A stretch of 63,867 nucleotides of DNA, counting the filler, from Octopus bimaculoides (Eukaryota): NCBI RefSeq assembly GCF_001194135.2. It is 6 parts of 6 records of this genome, joined end to end, with 100 filler letters (N's around TTAATTAATTAA, not from the genome) between each part and the next. Parts side by side here need not be neighbours in the genome. Positions count along the whole stretch, not along the records: positions 1 to 6,229 come from NC_069007.1; positions 6,330 to 29,324 come from NC_068987.1; 4 more parts are not named here. One strand, 5' to 3'. How positions within the stretch are numbered: the stretch's first letter is position 1; every line of letters begins with the position of its first letter. Shown here in pieces: positions 1 to 11,100 of this stretch. The notes below the pieces were generated by a model, which saw only the letters and a list, made by a program, of their open reading frames with translations, did not search any database and was not told where the DNA came from. Both the position numbers and the translations under genes were made by a program.

Positions 1-689
1 AGAATTTACTCAGAATTACACACTTTGCTATGTAACTTTTACCGACACAGACCACCATTAATATTTATATATTTTAGTTTTATTAACATAAATGTCTGTT
101 TGACCCATTTAAAATTCTTCTCCTCCTCCTCCTCATCTTTCTTCTCTTCCTTTGCCCTTTTTACATATTTTTTCATTCACAAATTTCTCTTCTACCCATT
201 CTTTAATTATTTTGGTAAGTAATTAAATATAGCATCAGTTTATCCTTTGTTGAAATAATTAAGTTCTCCTGACCCACCTCACCCGCAAAAAAAAAAATTA
301 AAAAAACAATGAACTACAAGATAAAATAAAATACAATAATGAAAATAATAAATATAAAATAACAAAATAATAAATGTAATATAAATAAAATTAATGTATA
401 ATATATTATAATATATTATAAATAAAATTAATGTATAATATATTATAATATATTATAATATATTATAAATAAAATTAATATATAATGTATTTCAAGATAG
501 AATTTAAAAAGATAATAAAATGAATAAAATTACAGTGTAAATGAAAAACAGAATGAGGGAACAAGATTCCAAAGGAAAAAGTTCTGAAGAATTTGCTCTT
601 CCAAGACATGATAACTACCATTCCTATATGGAGTGTCAAATACAGTGGAGGGTATGATTGGAATTGGTGGTTTACTTGGCTTCTTCCAT

Positions 690-731
<42 letters not shown>

Positions 732-936
732 TTCTTTTTTTTTTTTTTTGCTTTCAGGGTGATGGAGGGGGGAAAGCTTCAGTTTCAAATAAATGCATGA
801 AATGCTGATACATGTATTGAGTACTTCTTTTTTTTTGTTTGCAGACACACACACACACACAAACACATACATGTATGTATATATTTCTTCTGTACATACG
901 TATATGTATATATATGTGTGTGCATGNNNNNNNNNN

Positions 937-979
<43 letters not shown>

Positions 980-981
980 TA

Positions 982-1023
<42 letters not shown>

Positions 1024-1503
1024 CATATATGAGGTGAAGTGCATATGTGTGTATGGTGCACATGTGTGTGCATTTCTGCATGTAAGTGTGTGCATGTACA
1101 TGTGGCACAATAAGCCAATACATTTCTGCTTAGTTTAAGCAATTATTTCTGTTACCAGTCACCGTCATTTCCATTCTATTCTATATATCAATTCATTCAC
1201 TGAGTTATTCATTCATATACTCATTCATTCACACATTCATTCGTTCCTTGCATTTTCCGCCATACTCAATATACTTTTCGAAACCCAGACATGACCAGCA
1301 TCAATCTGGCAGCCATGTTTTTTTTTGTTTTTGTTTTAAAGAAATACAAGAAAGCTGTGAAGCGGTGACATGAAAATCCTGACCAGTTTTTCCTACATTT
1401 TGTTCCTGTTAATTCTTAATAATCATGGAGGAAACAGGGTTTTTTCATTGTGAAATACTGGTAAATTGGTGGTGATGTTTTTTGTATTTTAAAGCAAGTT
1501 TTC

Positions 1504-1509
1504 TTTATT
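1504..1509 (-). promoter_or_regulatory. Candidate polyadenylation signal
   Basis: AATAAA on the minus strand ~40 nt after the stop codon; common in AT-rich DNA, so weak. Confidence 0.3.
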
Positions 1510-1548
1510 AAAGAACAGATATTTTATCACACACATTCACTCGTATTT

Positions 1549-2452
1549 TCAGTCTGTCTGTTGATAATATGGCTCATATATTTCATTTTCTAATAACACT
1601 AAGCCATCATCACCAGATCTGGCGATTGAATGTCCTCTACAGTTTGTCTCTCCGACATTATTTTGTGTGCAGTTCCTTTCTATCACATGATATTTAGGAT
1701 CTGTTACATCTGGTGACATGTCGTCTGATTTAATTTCACCTCTTGGATTGAGTGCTGGAATTGGGGGAGATTTGTGAGACGCAGATGACGAAGATGACGT
1801 TGACGACGATGAAGAATTGGTATTAGCATTAAGATTAGGATTAATATTACAAGATGAAGCACCAGGATTCGTTAGATTTTGAATACGTTCCAAACGACTG
1901 CGAGCTATTTTGTCTTCAGATTCAATTCCTGAATCTGTTTCTACGGAACTTGGTTCTGACACTCTAGGAGAATAATTCGAAGGATTCTTTTTGCAGACGT
2001 AATAATCAGGAATTTCTTCATAGATAGCTTTCTGATAGTCATTTTCACTACCAATCGAAGCACGGCTACTAGAACCCCGTGATCTGGTAGATGTCCATTC
2101 ATCGTTGGATGATGACTTTTTCCCAGGCAGAGCAGGCAGAGAACGAACAATATGGTATCGAAATCTATCGGACAAGGGCTTGACGGTCCCTATTTGTCCT
2201 TCATCCACCTCAGTATAGGCTTCACAAGTGCCGACTGTGGCGTCAATCATTTTGGCTGCTTCTGGGAATGGAACTTCATCGGCAACATGACTGTAGCCCT
2301 CCTGTATAGCTGGGTGGTGTCTGTCTGAACATTGCAACGGCAGTATTCCATTAGCATGCCGGACGTTTTCTATGTTCCGAGAAACCAGGGTTTGTACAGC
2401 AGCATCCTTGGCTGCTACTGGATTGTTCTTTCTTCTTCTTCTCTTACTTCTC
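1549..2452 (-). CDS. Terminal coding exon (~300 aa) of a host gene; probable cytoplasmic tail of a single-pass membrane receptor or adaptor
   Basis: Uninterrupted non-repetitive ORF ending in TGA (1551-1549). Pyrimidine-rich acceptor tttttgaatttttgcag on the minus strand (AG ends at 2453; phase-2 intron). Opens with basic RSKRRRRK (stop-transfer-like), is Ser/Asn-rich and carries several Tyr motifs. AATAAA on the minus strand at 1504-1509. No family recognised. Confidence 0.85.
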
Positions 2453-2651
2453 CTGCAAAAATTCAAAAATGAAAATCAGATAAACATATGAAAATGAAGT
2501 TAATTACTATATGTGTATGTGTGTGAAAAAGATTAAAAATTGAATTAAAGATTATTTATAACATAAAGCATCTTTAAAAATAAACAGCTGAAAATAGGAA
2601 GGAAAACATCAGGTTTGTGTTGATTCACTTTTTTAAAAATATCTTTAAAAT

Positions 2652-3033
2652 TCTTTTATTCTCTTCCTAGTTTCAGTCATTTGACTGCAGCCATGCTGGA
2701 GCACTGTCTTTAGTCAAACAAATCGACTGCAGGACTTATTCTATGTAAGTGTAGTACTTTTTCTATTGGTCTCGTTTCTCAAACTGCTAAGTTACGGGGA
2801 CATGAACACACCAACATTGGTTGTAAAGCAATGGTAGTAGGAGCAAACACAGACACAAATAACAAATACATATATGTATACGATGGGCTTCTTTCAGTTT
2901 CCATCAGCCAAATCCACTCACAAGGCTTTGGTTTGTCCAAGGCTGTAGTAGAAGACAAGGTGCCATACAGTGGGACTGAACCCAGAACCATGTGGTTGGG
3001 AAGCAAGCTTCTTACCACACAGCCATTCCTGCA
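2652..3033 (-). mobile_element. tRNA-derived SINE (CORE-like family A)
   Basis: Minus-strand head ggctgtgtggtaagaagcttgcttcccaaccacatggttctgggttcagtccc, then a segment resembling the CORE motif ccttgggcaagt. Many related copies in the window. Confidence 0.8.
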
Positions 3034-3099
3034 CTTATATTTTCTTTCAAATATTGTAAATGTGTCAAGAAAATCTAATAACTTTTATATATCATCATC

Positions 3100-3460
3100 A
3101 GCATCATCATCAGCATCATCATCATTTAACATCCGTTTTCCATGCTGGCATAGGTTGGATGGTTTGACAGGGCTGTTCAGGCTCCCTATCTGTTTTGTCA
3201 AACCAAGTGAAATCATAATTGTGGCCATTGCCATTGTCATATAAGTGGTACCCGTGCCAGTGGCAGGTAAAAAGCACCCATTACACTCTTGGAGTGGTTG
3301 GCATCAGGAAGCATGTCCAGCTGTAGAAACCATGCCAAATCAGACTGGAACCTGGTGCAACCCTCAGGTCTGACAGTTCCAGTCAAACCGTCCAACCCAT
3401 GCCAGCATGGCAAAAGGACGTTGAATGATAATGATGAAGATGATGATGATGATGATGGTG
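3100..3460. mobile_element. Head-to-head pair of truncated SINE copies with (ATC)n/(GAT)n tails
   Basis: Left tttaacatccgttttccatgctggcataggttggatggtttgac is the reverse complement of right gtcaaaccgtccaacccatgccagcatggcaaaaggacgttgaat; trinucleotide tails point outward. Confidence 0.7.
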
Positions 3461-3884
3461 ATTTAATAATAATAATAAAGAGTATGGAGACTTATTATTA
3501 GTAATATGAATATATACTCCCAAGAATTTTTACTGTCCATCGAAGAATACACAGAATTATCCATCGGAAGAATTTATGGAGTGACTAACAACTAAATGTA
3601 GACAGATGTTAGATGCTAATCTTTGTAGTTAGCCATTAACTGGAGCTTAACTGAGAGCTAATACAGTATCTGCCCGGATAATGTATCCTACCAAATGCAC
3701 TTTTATATATGCATGCATTAAAGATGGATGTTAAACGATGATGATGATACACATACACACACACTGAAAGAAGCTCATAACGTGTGTATGTGTGTGTGTG
3801 CATGCGTGCGTGTGAATGTGTGTGTGTGCATGTGTGCGTGTGCGTGTGTGTGTCTATGTCTGTGTGTGGTGTGTGTGTGCTTTT

Positions 3885-4100
3885 GTCTCTGTGTCTGTCC
3901 CCCACTACCACATGGCAACTGGTGTTGGTGTGTTTACGCCCTTGTAACTTTGCAATTCAGCGAAAGAGACTGATAAAATAAGTACCAGGCTTTAAAAAAA
4001 TAATAATAAATACTGAGACTGATTTGCTTCACAAAAAGATCTTCAAGGTGGTGCCCCAGCATGGCCGCAGTCTAATGGCAGAAACAAGTAAAAGAGATAC
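3885..4100 (+). mobile_element. SINE 3' half
   Basis: gataaaataagtaccag...ggtggtgccccagcatggccgcagtctaatg..gaaacaagtaaaaga; also seen at ~49345-49510 and in the 3' part of the 8433-8850 copy. Confidence 0.65.
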
Positions 4101-4449
4101 AAGAGAGATCGATGTGTTACTTTTAAGACTGGCCAATCAGCTCTCACCACCATTTAAGACCAACCAATCAGCTCTCACCACCATTTGTGACCTTTCTGTA
4201 GAAAGGCTAGAAGATTCATTAAATGCGATAATTAAGAAAAACAAAAAAACAGTGATATAAATCTTACGCATAATGAAGAACAAAATTTATTCTAAGCTTT
4301 TATTCTTCAGATTAATTGCTGCCACCGCGAAGACATTATTGGTTTCCTGGAATTCCAACTGTTTATCTTGATATTAAGTCAGTTATTGCATATGGTTGGA
4401 AAATCTAGCCAGATGTATCATAATGAGAATTGAGAAGTGACATCATTAA

Positions 4450-4670
4450 CCCTTTTATTACCGTATTTATTTTGAGATGCTTTGTGTTTCTTTCAATTAA
4501 TTTTAAATACAACAAAGAATTTAGTAAAATAACTTCGTTATCATTAAGCTGGTGTTAGGAACACAAATTGTGACTAAGGTTTGGTGGAAGATTTTAATTT
4601 AAAACTTATGAAAATAAGACATTTGTACTACAGAGCCAAGGTGGTTTCAGCCGGATTGGTATCAAAATGG
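4450..4670. mobile_element. piggyBac-like MITE
   Basis: TTAA on both sides (4446-4449, 4671-4674); termini cccttttattacc / ggtatcaaaatgg are imperfect inverted repeats (10/13). Confidence 0.6.
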
Positions 4671-4865
4671 TTAAATCATGAAATTGTGTTGTCTACCTCT
4701 AGACCAGAGCTTTTCAACCATTTTTTGCCTCTGGAATCCCCTGATTCCTTTGTTTCCTTTAGACTCCTTTCATTCCAATTCTACTCTACTGGACCTTCAT
4801 AGCCATTTGAGGTGTATAAAAAAGAAAAAAATGTACAGTCTTTTTGGAATTAAATATTATTAGGA

Positions 4866-5163
4866 ATTGGCATGGCTGTGTGGTAAGAAGTTTGCTTCCT
4901 GACCACATCACTCTAGGTTCAATGCCACTGCTTGGCACTTTGGGCTAGTGTCTTATACTATAGCCTTGAGCCAATCAAAGTCTTGTCAGTTAAATGGTTT
5001 TTTAGTCAAAGAGATTGACCCCTGGACTTATTGTTTTTAAGCCAAGTACTTATTCTTTTTATCTCTTTTGCTGAACTGCTAAGTTACAAGGATGTAAACA
5101 CATCAATATCAGTTGTTAAGCAATGGTGCGGGGACAAACATAGACACACGCACACACACACAC

Positions 5164-5194
<31 letters not shown>

Positions 5195-5352
5195 CAACAG
5201 GCTTCTTTCAGTTTCTGTCTACTATATCCACTGAGAAGGCTTTGGTCAGCCTGAGGCTATTGTAGAAGACACTTGCCCAAGGTGCCACGCAGTGGGACTG
5301 AACCCGGAACCATGTGGCCGAGCAGCAAGCTTCTTACCATACAGCCATGTCT
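4866..5352. mobile_element. Two convergent family-A SINE copies (+ head ~4866-4995; - copy ~5000-5352)
   Basis: ggctgtgtggtaagaagtttgcttcc on +; cttgcccaaggtgccacgcagtgggactgaacccggaaccatgtgg shows the minus copy. Confidence 0.75.
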
Positions 5353-5747
5353 GCATCTATATGTATGTGTGTGTGTGTCTGAGTGTGTGTGTGTGTGTGT
5401 GTGTGTGAATGTGAGTGTGTGTGTGNNNNNNNNNNNNNNNNNNNNNNNNNNNNNNNNNNNNNNNNNNNNNNNNNNNNNNNNNNNNNNNNNNNNNNNNNNN
5501 NNNNNNNNNNNNNNNNNNNNNNNNNNNNNNNNNNNNNNNNNNNNNNNNNNNNNNNNNNNNNNNNNNNNNNNNNNNNNNNNNNNNNNNNNNNNNNNNNNNN
5601 NNNNNNNNNNNNNNNNNNNNNNNNNNNNNNNNNNNNNNNNNNNNNNNNNNNNNNNNNNNNNNNNNNNNNNNNNNNNNNNNNNNNNNNNNNNNNNNNNNNN
5701 NNNNNNNNNNNNNNNNNNNNNNNNNNNNNNNNNNNNNNNNNNNNNNT

Positions 5748-6193
5748 ATATCATCATCATCATTGTTTAACATCCGCTTTCCACGCCAGCATGGGTTGGA
5801 CGATTTGAGTGAGGAATGGTGAACCAAATAGCTACACCAGGCTCCAATCTGATTTGGCGGAGTTTCTACAGCTGGATGCCCTTCCTAGTGCCAACCACTC
5901 CGAGAGTGTAGTGGGTGCTTTTACGTGCCACTGGCACGAGGGCCAGTCAGGAGGAACTGACAGCGGCCACGCTCAAAATGGTGTATTTTAGGTGCCACCT
6001 GCACAGGGGCCAGTCCAGCGGTACTGGCAACGACCTCGCTTGAATGTCTTTTCACGTACTGGGAAGGCGACGTTGGTAACGGTCACACTCAAATGGTGCT
6101 ATTTACATGCCACCGGCACACGAAAGCCAGACAGCTGGTGCTCTGGCAACGATCACACACAGACGGTGCTCTTAGTGATCTACTGGTACAGGT

Positions 6194-6196
<3 letters not shown>
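5748..6196 (-). mobile_element. SINE with (GAT)n tail and internal ggcacgtaaaa modules
   Basis: Same family as 59445-60080 and 3200-3460 (ctacagctggatgcccttcc, ttttacgtgcc modules). Confidence 0.7.
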
Positions 6197-6229
<33 letters not shown>

Positions 6230-6473
6230 NNNNNNNNNNNNNNNNNNNNNNNNNNNNNNNNNNNNNNNNNNNNTTAATTAATTAANNNNNNNNNNNNNNN
6301 NNNNNNNNNNNNNNNNNNNNNNNNNNNNNAAACATGCACATACACATATTTTTATACACGTACATACACATACACACAAACATACCTACACTCATATACT
6401 CATATACATATACCCATATACACATACTCAAACACACATTCACATACATACAAATACATATATATACACATAT

Positions 6474-6926
6474 ATTTATTTATTTATGGGTTTCAGCCAA
6501 GTGGCTGCGGTCATGCCGGTGCACCACCGTGATTTTCCGTCTTTATGCTGTGCTCTCTTCACGTTCCTTGCATGGCTCTTCTCCCCCACCTGATATGGTC
6601 CAATCAAGAGTTTTGATGGCACATCTGGTGTATAAGAGAATTTGACATCGCTGCCCTAAACTGCGTCTCATTACGAGCCATTGGTTCGTCTGGTATCGTG
6701 GAGAGGAAAGCGTCGAGTTTTGCCTTCAAGACCTCCACATCCGTGTCTTGCATGTCTCTCAAATGTTTTGGTAGGGCATTGAGGTCTTCTGAAACCGTTC
6801 TTATGTGAGATGCAGTGGACGGCACCTTTGTCACCATGCAGTGGCGACCCGTGCGGGCATTCCTGTAGTACTTGATGCCAAAGTTTGGCACCAGTCCTTC
6901 CAGTATTTTCCATATGTATATTATTA
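6474..6926 (-). mobile_element. 5'-truncated CR1/L2-group LINE 3' end
   Basis: Peptide IIYIWKILEGLVPNFGI...LNALPKHLRD...KAKLDAFLSTIPDEP...SNSLIHQM resembles the CR1-group ORF2 C-terminus; short 3' UTR and (TAAA)n tail. Confidence 0.75.
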
Positions 6927-8069
6927 CTGGAGGCTGTAGACACAAACAAACATAACCATACAAAAATAAATACATATACACATCCACACATACACACATA
7001 TATATAAATANNNNNNNNNNNNNNNNNNNNNNNNNNNNNNNNNNNNNNNNNNNNNNNNNNNNNNNNNNNNNNNNNNNNNNNNNNNNNNNNNNNNNNNNNN
7101 NNNNNNNNNNNNNNNNNNNNNNNNNNNNNNNNNNNNNNNNNNNNNNNNNNNNNNNNNNNNNNNNNNNNNNNNNNNNNNNNNNNNNNNNNNNNNNNNNNNN
7201 NNNNNNNNNNNNNNNNNNNNNNNNNNNNNNNNNNNNNNNNNNNNNNNNNNNNNNNNNNNNNNNNNNNNNNNNNNNNNNNNNNNNNNNNNNNNNNNNNNNN
7301 NNNNNNNNNNNNNNNNNNNNNNNNNNNNNNNNNNNNNNNNNNNNNNNNNNNNNNNNNNNNNNNNNNNNNNNNNNNNNNNNNNNNNNNNNNNNNNNNNNNN
7401 NNNNNNNNNNNNNNNNNNNNNNNNNNNNNNNNNNNNNNNNNNNNNNNNNNNNNNNNNNNNNNNNNNNNNNNNNNNNNNNNNNNNNNNNNNNNNNNNNNNN
7501 NNNNNNNNNNNNNNNNNNNNNNNNNNNNNNNNNNNNNNNNNNNNNNNNNNNNNNNNNNNNNNNNNNNNNNNNNNNNNNNNNNNNNNNNNNNNNNNNNNNN
7601 NNNNNNNNNNNNNNNNTATATATATATGTATATATATGATTCTCTATTATGGTTTAGTATTGTTATCATAGTGATTTTTTCCCCTTTTCTGTTCGATTTA
7701 AATCTTAAACTGTTTTCGAGTTTTGTCCTTCTATAGCCTCCAGTAGCTAGACTCACATAGTCAATAAACAATATCACATTTATGGTTTTCTTTATTATAT
7801 ATGGTTTGAGAAGCACATCAAGAGATTCCATTTCTGAAACAAGAATTAGATACACTTTTAGAAACCTTACGTAAAAGATTTCACTATTAACTAGCAGTTT
7901 GGTTCTAAAGTTAAGAGAATAGTTGACAAAACAAGGAATAAAAGACAAATACAAGAAAAAAATATGCAAAGAAGCATTGAAGGTGAATCAGCATATTGAA
8001 GATAATATAAAAATTAATAAATAATCAGTAAAAATGTCCAGGCTTAGCTGTATGATAGAAAGTTTGTTT

Positions 8070-8425
8070 CCCTTTCGTCTGTCATTATGATCTGAGTTCA
8101 AATTCCACCGAGGTCGGCTTTGCCTTTCGTCCTATAGGGCTCGATAAATTAAGTACCAGTAAAACACTTGGGTCGATGTAATCGATTAGTCCCTTCACCA
8201 ATAATTTCAGACCTTGTGTCTATAGTAGAAAGGATTTAAGACGGCGAGCTGGCAGAAACGTTAGCACGCTGGGCGAAATGCTTAGCGGTATTTCGTCTGT
8301 CTTTATTTTCTGAATTCAAATTCTTCTGAATTTCGGGCTCGATAAATTCAGTACCAGTTGCGTACCGGAGTCGATCTTATCGACTGGTCCCGTCCCAGCA
8401 AATTTCGGACCTTCTGCCTAAAATA
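8070..8425 (+). mobile_element. Two tandem SINE copies (family C)
   Basis: gagttcaaattccaccgaggtcggctttgcctttc...gataaattaagtaccag, then head ggcgagctggcagaaacgttagcacgctgggcgaaatgcttagcgg. Confidence 0.75.
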
Positions 8426-8432
8426 TAAAAGA

Positions 8433-8850
8433 AAGTTTGCTTCCCAATCACATGATTCTGGATTCAGTCCCGCTGAGTGACACCTATGACAAGTGTCTTC
8501 TGCAATAGGCCTGGGTCGACCAAAGCCTCATGTTTTGATTTGGTAGACGGAAACTGAAAGACACGCGTCGTATGTGCGTGTGCATGTGTGTATGGTGTAT
8601 GTGTGTGTGTGCGTGTGTGTGTGTGTGCGTGTGTATGTGTGTGTGTGTGTGTGTGTGTGTTAGTGTCTGTCTACCACCACTGCTTGACAATCGTTGTTGG
8701 TTTGTTTACCATCCTATGACTTAACGCTTCGGTAAAAAAAAATGACGGACAGAAAAATGTGCCAAATTTTAAAATTAAGTAAGATGGTCTAAACCCTGCA
8801 AGACACTGCCGGAACATGACCGCAGTCTGATAACCGAAAGATGGAAAAAA
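8433..8850 (+). mobile_element. Family-A SINE with internal (GT)n
   Basis: ttgcttcccaatcacatgattctggattcagtccc...caagtgtcttctgcaatagg...gacggaaactgaaag. Confidence 0.65.
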
Positions 8851-9237
8851 AAAAGAAAAAAAAAAGCGATAAAGGAAAACAATACTTGCAGAGCCAGTAT
8901 CAATATTTTCTGCAAGTGCCTATGTTTATCCTTACTAGTAATCAGTCAATGTCTTTACTGAAATGTTTGCGTATCTCTGCAGTCGTATCAATTACAAATG
9001 AGATGTTAGGCAAGGCACATTCGTTAATTGCATCTCTGTTTTAAATTCAGCAGCTAGATCTGCACAATATCCCAACATTTCAGTTAGCTTCTGTACAACA
9101 TTATTGTCATTTCCTATTGCTATTCTATTTTTCTTTTAGTTATTTCAGTCATAGAACTGTGGTCACACTCCATCATCGGCTTTAAGAGATTAGTAAAATG
9201 AATTAACTCCAGTATGTATTATAAAGAGTATCACCCG

Positions 9238-9293
<56 letters not shown>

Positions 9294-9400
9294 ATATATA
9301 TATATATATATATATAGTAGGAAGAAAGAAGGAGGAGAATTTCGATTATCCCCACATGGTGAGTTGTAATGCAAGATACATACACACACACACACACATA

Positions 9401-9617
9401 CGAAGGGGTGTTGAAAAGTCCCTAGCTTCATGGGTGTTGCGAAAAGGCCTGGTTGAGGGCCCAGCCTTCTGAGTTCTTTTACAGGGCTTTGAAAAACCGA
9501 AAGACCGCTGCAGTAATTGTGTGAATCTGAGAGGTGAATAAGTTGAATAAAATCATAATTAACTGATCCTCCTTGATTTTCTTATACTCAAACCCAGTAA
9601 CTTTCAGCACTCCTTCG
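9401..9617 (+). mobile_element. mariner-derived MITE
   Basis: TA-flanked TIRs cgaaggggtgttgaaaagt / actttcagcactccttcg; interior resembles a mariner transposase C-terminus remnant. Confidence 0.8.
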
Positions 9618-10249
9618 TATATATATTTATATATATATATGTATGTATATATATCTCTTACTTTAAAAAATCGTGGTTAGAAAGAATCATGAACTTCAAG
9701 GATAAAATCAGAATGTTCGAAAGAAAGAAACATAAGAACGAAATAGAGGAGGGATCCAATTCGAGAAAATAAGAGAGAACGCCATAGCTTAGTTACAGTT
9801 ATCTTTTATGAAACTAGGTCTAGAGTGAAAAATCGATCCATTTCATTTTCCTTCGGAAAGAAAGGACAGCTGGTCATCCTACTGCGTTCGAAATAGAAGA
9901 ACCGGAAACAACAGAGGGCATTTTTAATAATCGTGATAAAGCTGAGGGGAGGGCTGTTCTTGAGTTACCCAAAATCATTTTTCCTTATTGGAGGACATTT
10001 TTCGGCATATTTTATGGATATATCCATTGTATATGTTTTCTCTTTTTTTAGCCTTTCTTTTTTCACTTAATGAAAAATCTATCTTGCTTCGTATTTCGTC
10101 TTTGTATAATCACGTCGTCTAGAGCACTGTTGCCAATGAAAAAAAAGATCAACAATATAAACTATCAGAAGCCTAATGGGGTTTACGCAAGCATATACAT
10201 ACCCATTTTACTCAAAAGGACTGTCGTCTTCCTTGAATTAGAAATAATT

Positions 10250-10356
10250 ATCATCGTCGTCGTCGTCGTCGTCGTCATTGTCGACGTCGTCGTCGTCTAC
10301 ATTGTCGTGGTCATCACCACCACCACCACCACCACCATCACCATCATCATAATCAT

Positions 10357-10402
<46 letters not shown>

Positions 10403-10412
10403 TTCATCATTT
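10250..10412. repeat. Compound trinucleotide microsatellite (GTC/ACC/ATC)n
   Basis: Direct reading; similar arrays at ~20460-20640 and ~22780-22950. Confidence 0.9.
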
Positions 10413-10559
10413 AGTAGTATTGTCAACTAGAAAACCTCCATCAGAGCAAAGTACGTGTAACCGTACTTTGTTCCACTGGAGTGTTTTTACAACTCAAAAT
10501 TTAAACAGGCCCAAATAAAAGTTCTTGTTTACTTTCATAAGTTATAAATTATTTCATAA

Positions 10560-11100
10560 TCAAAACCTGAACATTTGGTAGTTGCGCTGTTTTCTAAACT
10601 TCATCGGCAAAGTATTTTCCAGACAATCTTTCAGATTTGAATTCCCTTTTATTCTTAACAAATTTTACCGTTCACATATATACAGAAAATATTCTTGTCC
10701 ACATGTCCTACTTCGGTCATTCTCATTTTCAGATATCTCCTTTCCTGAGACAAGTCATTTGGACAAGTCATAGCAGTTAAAATACTAGTGCCCGAATGTC
10801 TTTAGTGACATCTGTCTCTACTAATTTCAATGAGTATCATTTTCCTTGCGTTAGTCACACTGATGTTTGGGACAGGCGCATCTTATTTTGTAATACATTT
10901 GGCTTAAATTATGTTTTAAGATATTTTGGATTCTGTCAGCCACCGAATTCCCAGTTATTTTTCTTCTCGTGGCTTCCATTATGATAATCACTGTGATGTC
11001 TTTGAATTCTTGTGGCACCACATTATTTCAATTTTCTTTCGTACGATGTTTTAATTATTTTGTTTCATAGAGCTTTTCAACTTCACATATTCTCTTCTAA
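10560..11100 (-). pseudogene. Highly degenerate non-LTR RT fragment (RTE-like)
   Basis: Minus-strand peptides VVPQEFKDITVIII and CPKHQCD*RKE resemble the RTE motifs VPQDFKDATI and LPESQCGFR; many stops. Confidence 0.35.

Noticed and set aside
672-1142. Long ORFs of YI/CV/HT/X repeats here and throughout the window
   Set aside because: Translations of microsatellites and N gaps.
4311-4380. Possible + strand exon (LIAATAKTLLVSWNS, FN3-like)
   Set aside because: In-frame stop follows quickly, the donor is weak and no partner exons are visible.
6274-6285. TTAATTAATTAA island between 44-N runs (also 29369-29380, 44959-44970, 56984-56995, 62718-62729)
   Set aside because: Identical 12-mer with stops in all six frames, centred in ~100-nt gaps: an artificial scaffolding linker.
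10238-10426. Poly-Asp/Gly ORF and poly-Ile hydrophobic ORFs
   Set aside because: Products of trinucleotide microsatellites, not genuine acidic or TM domains.
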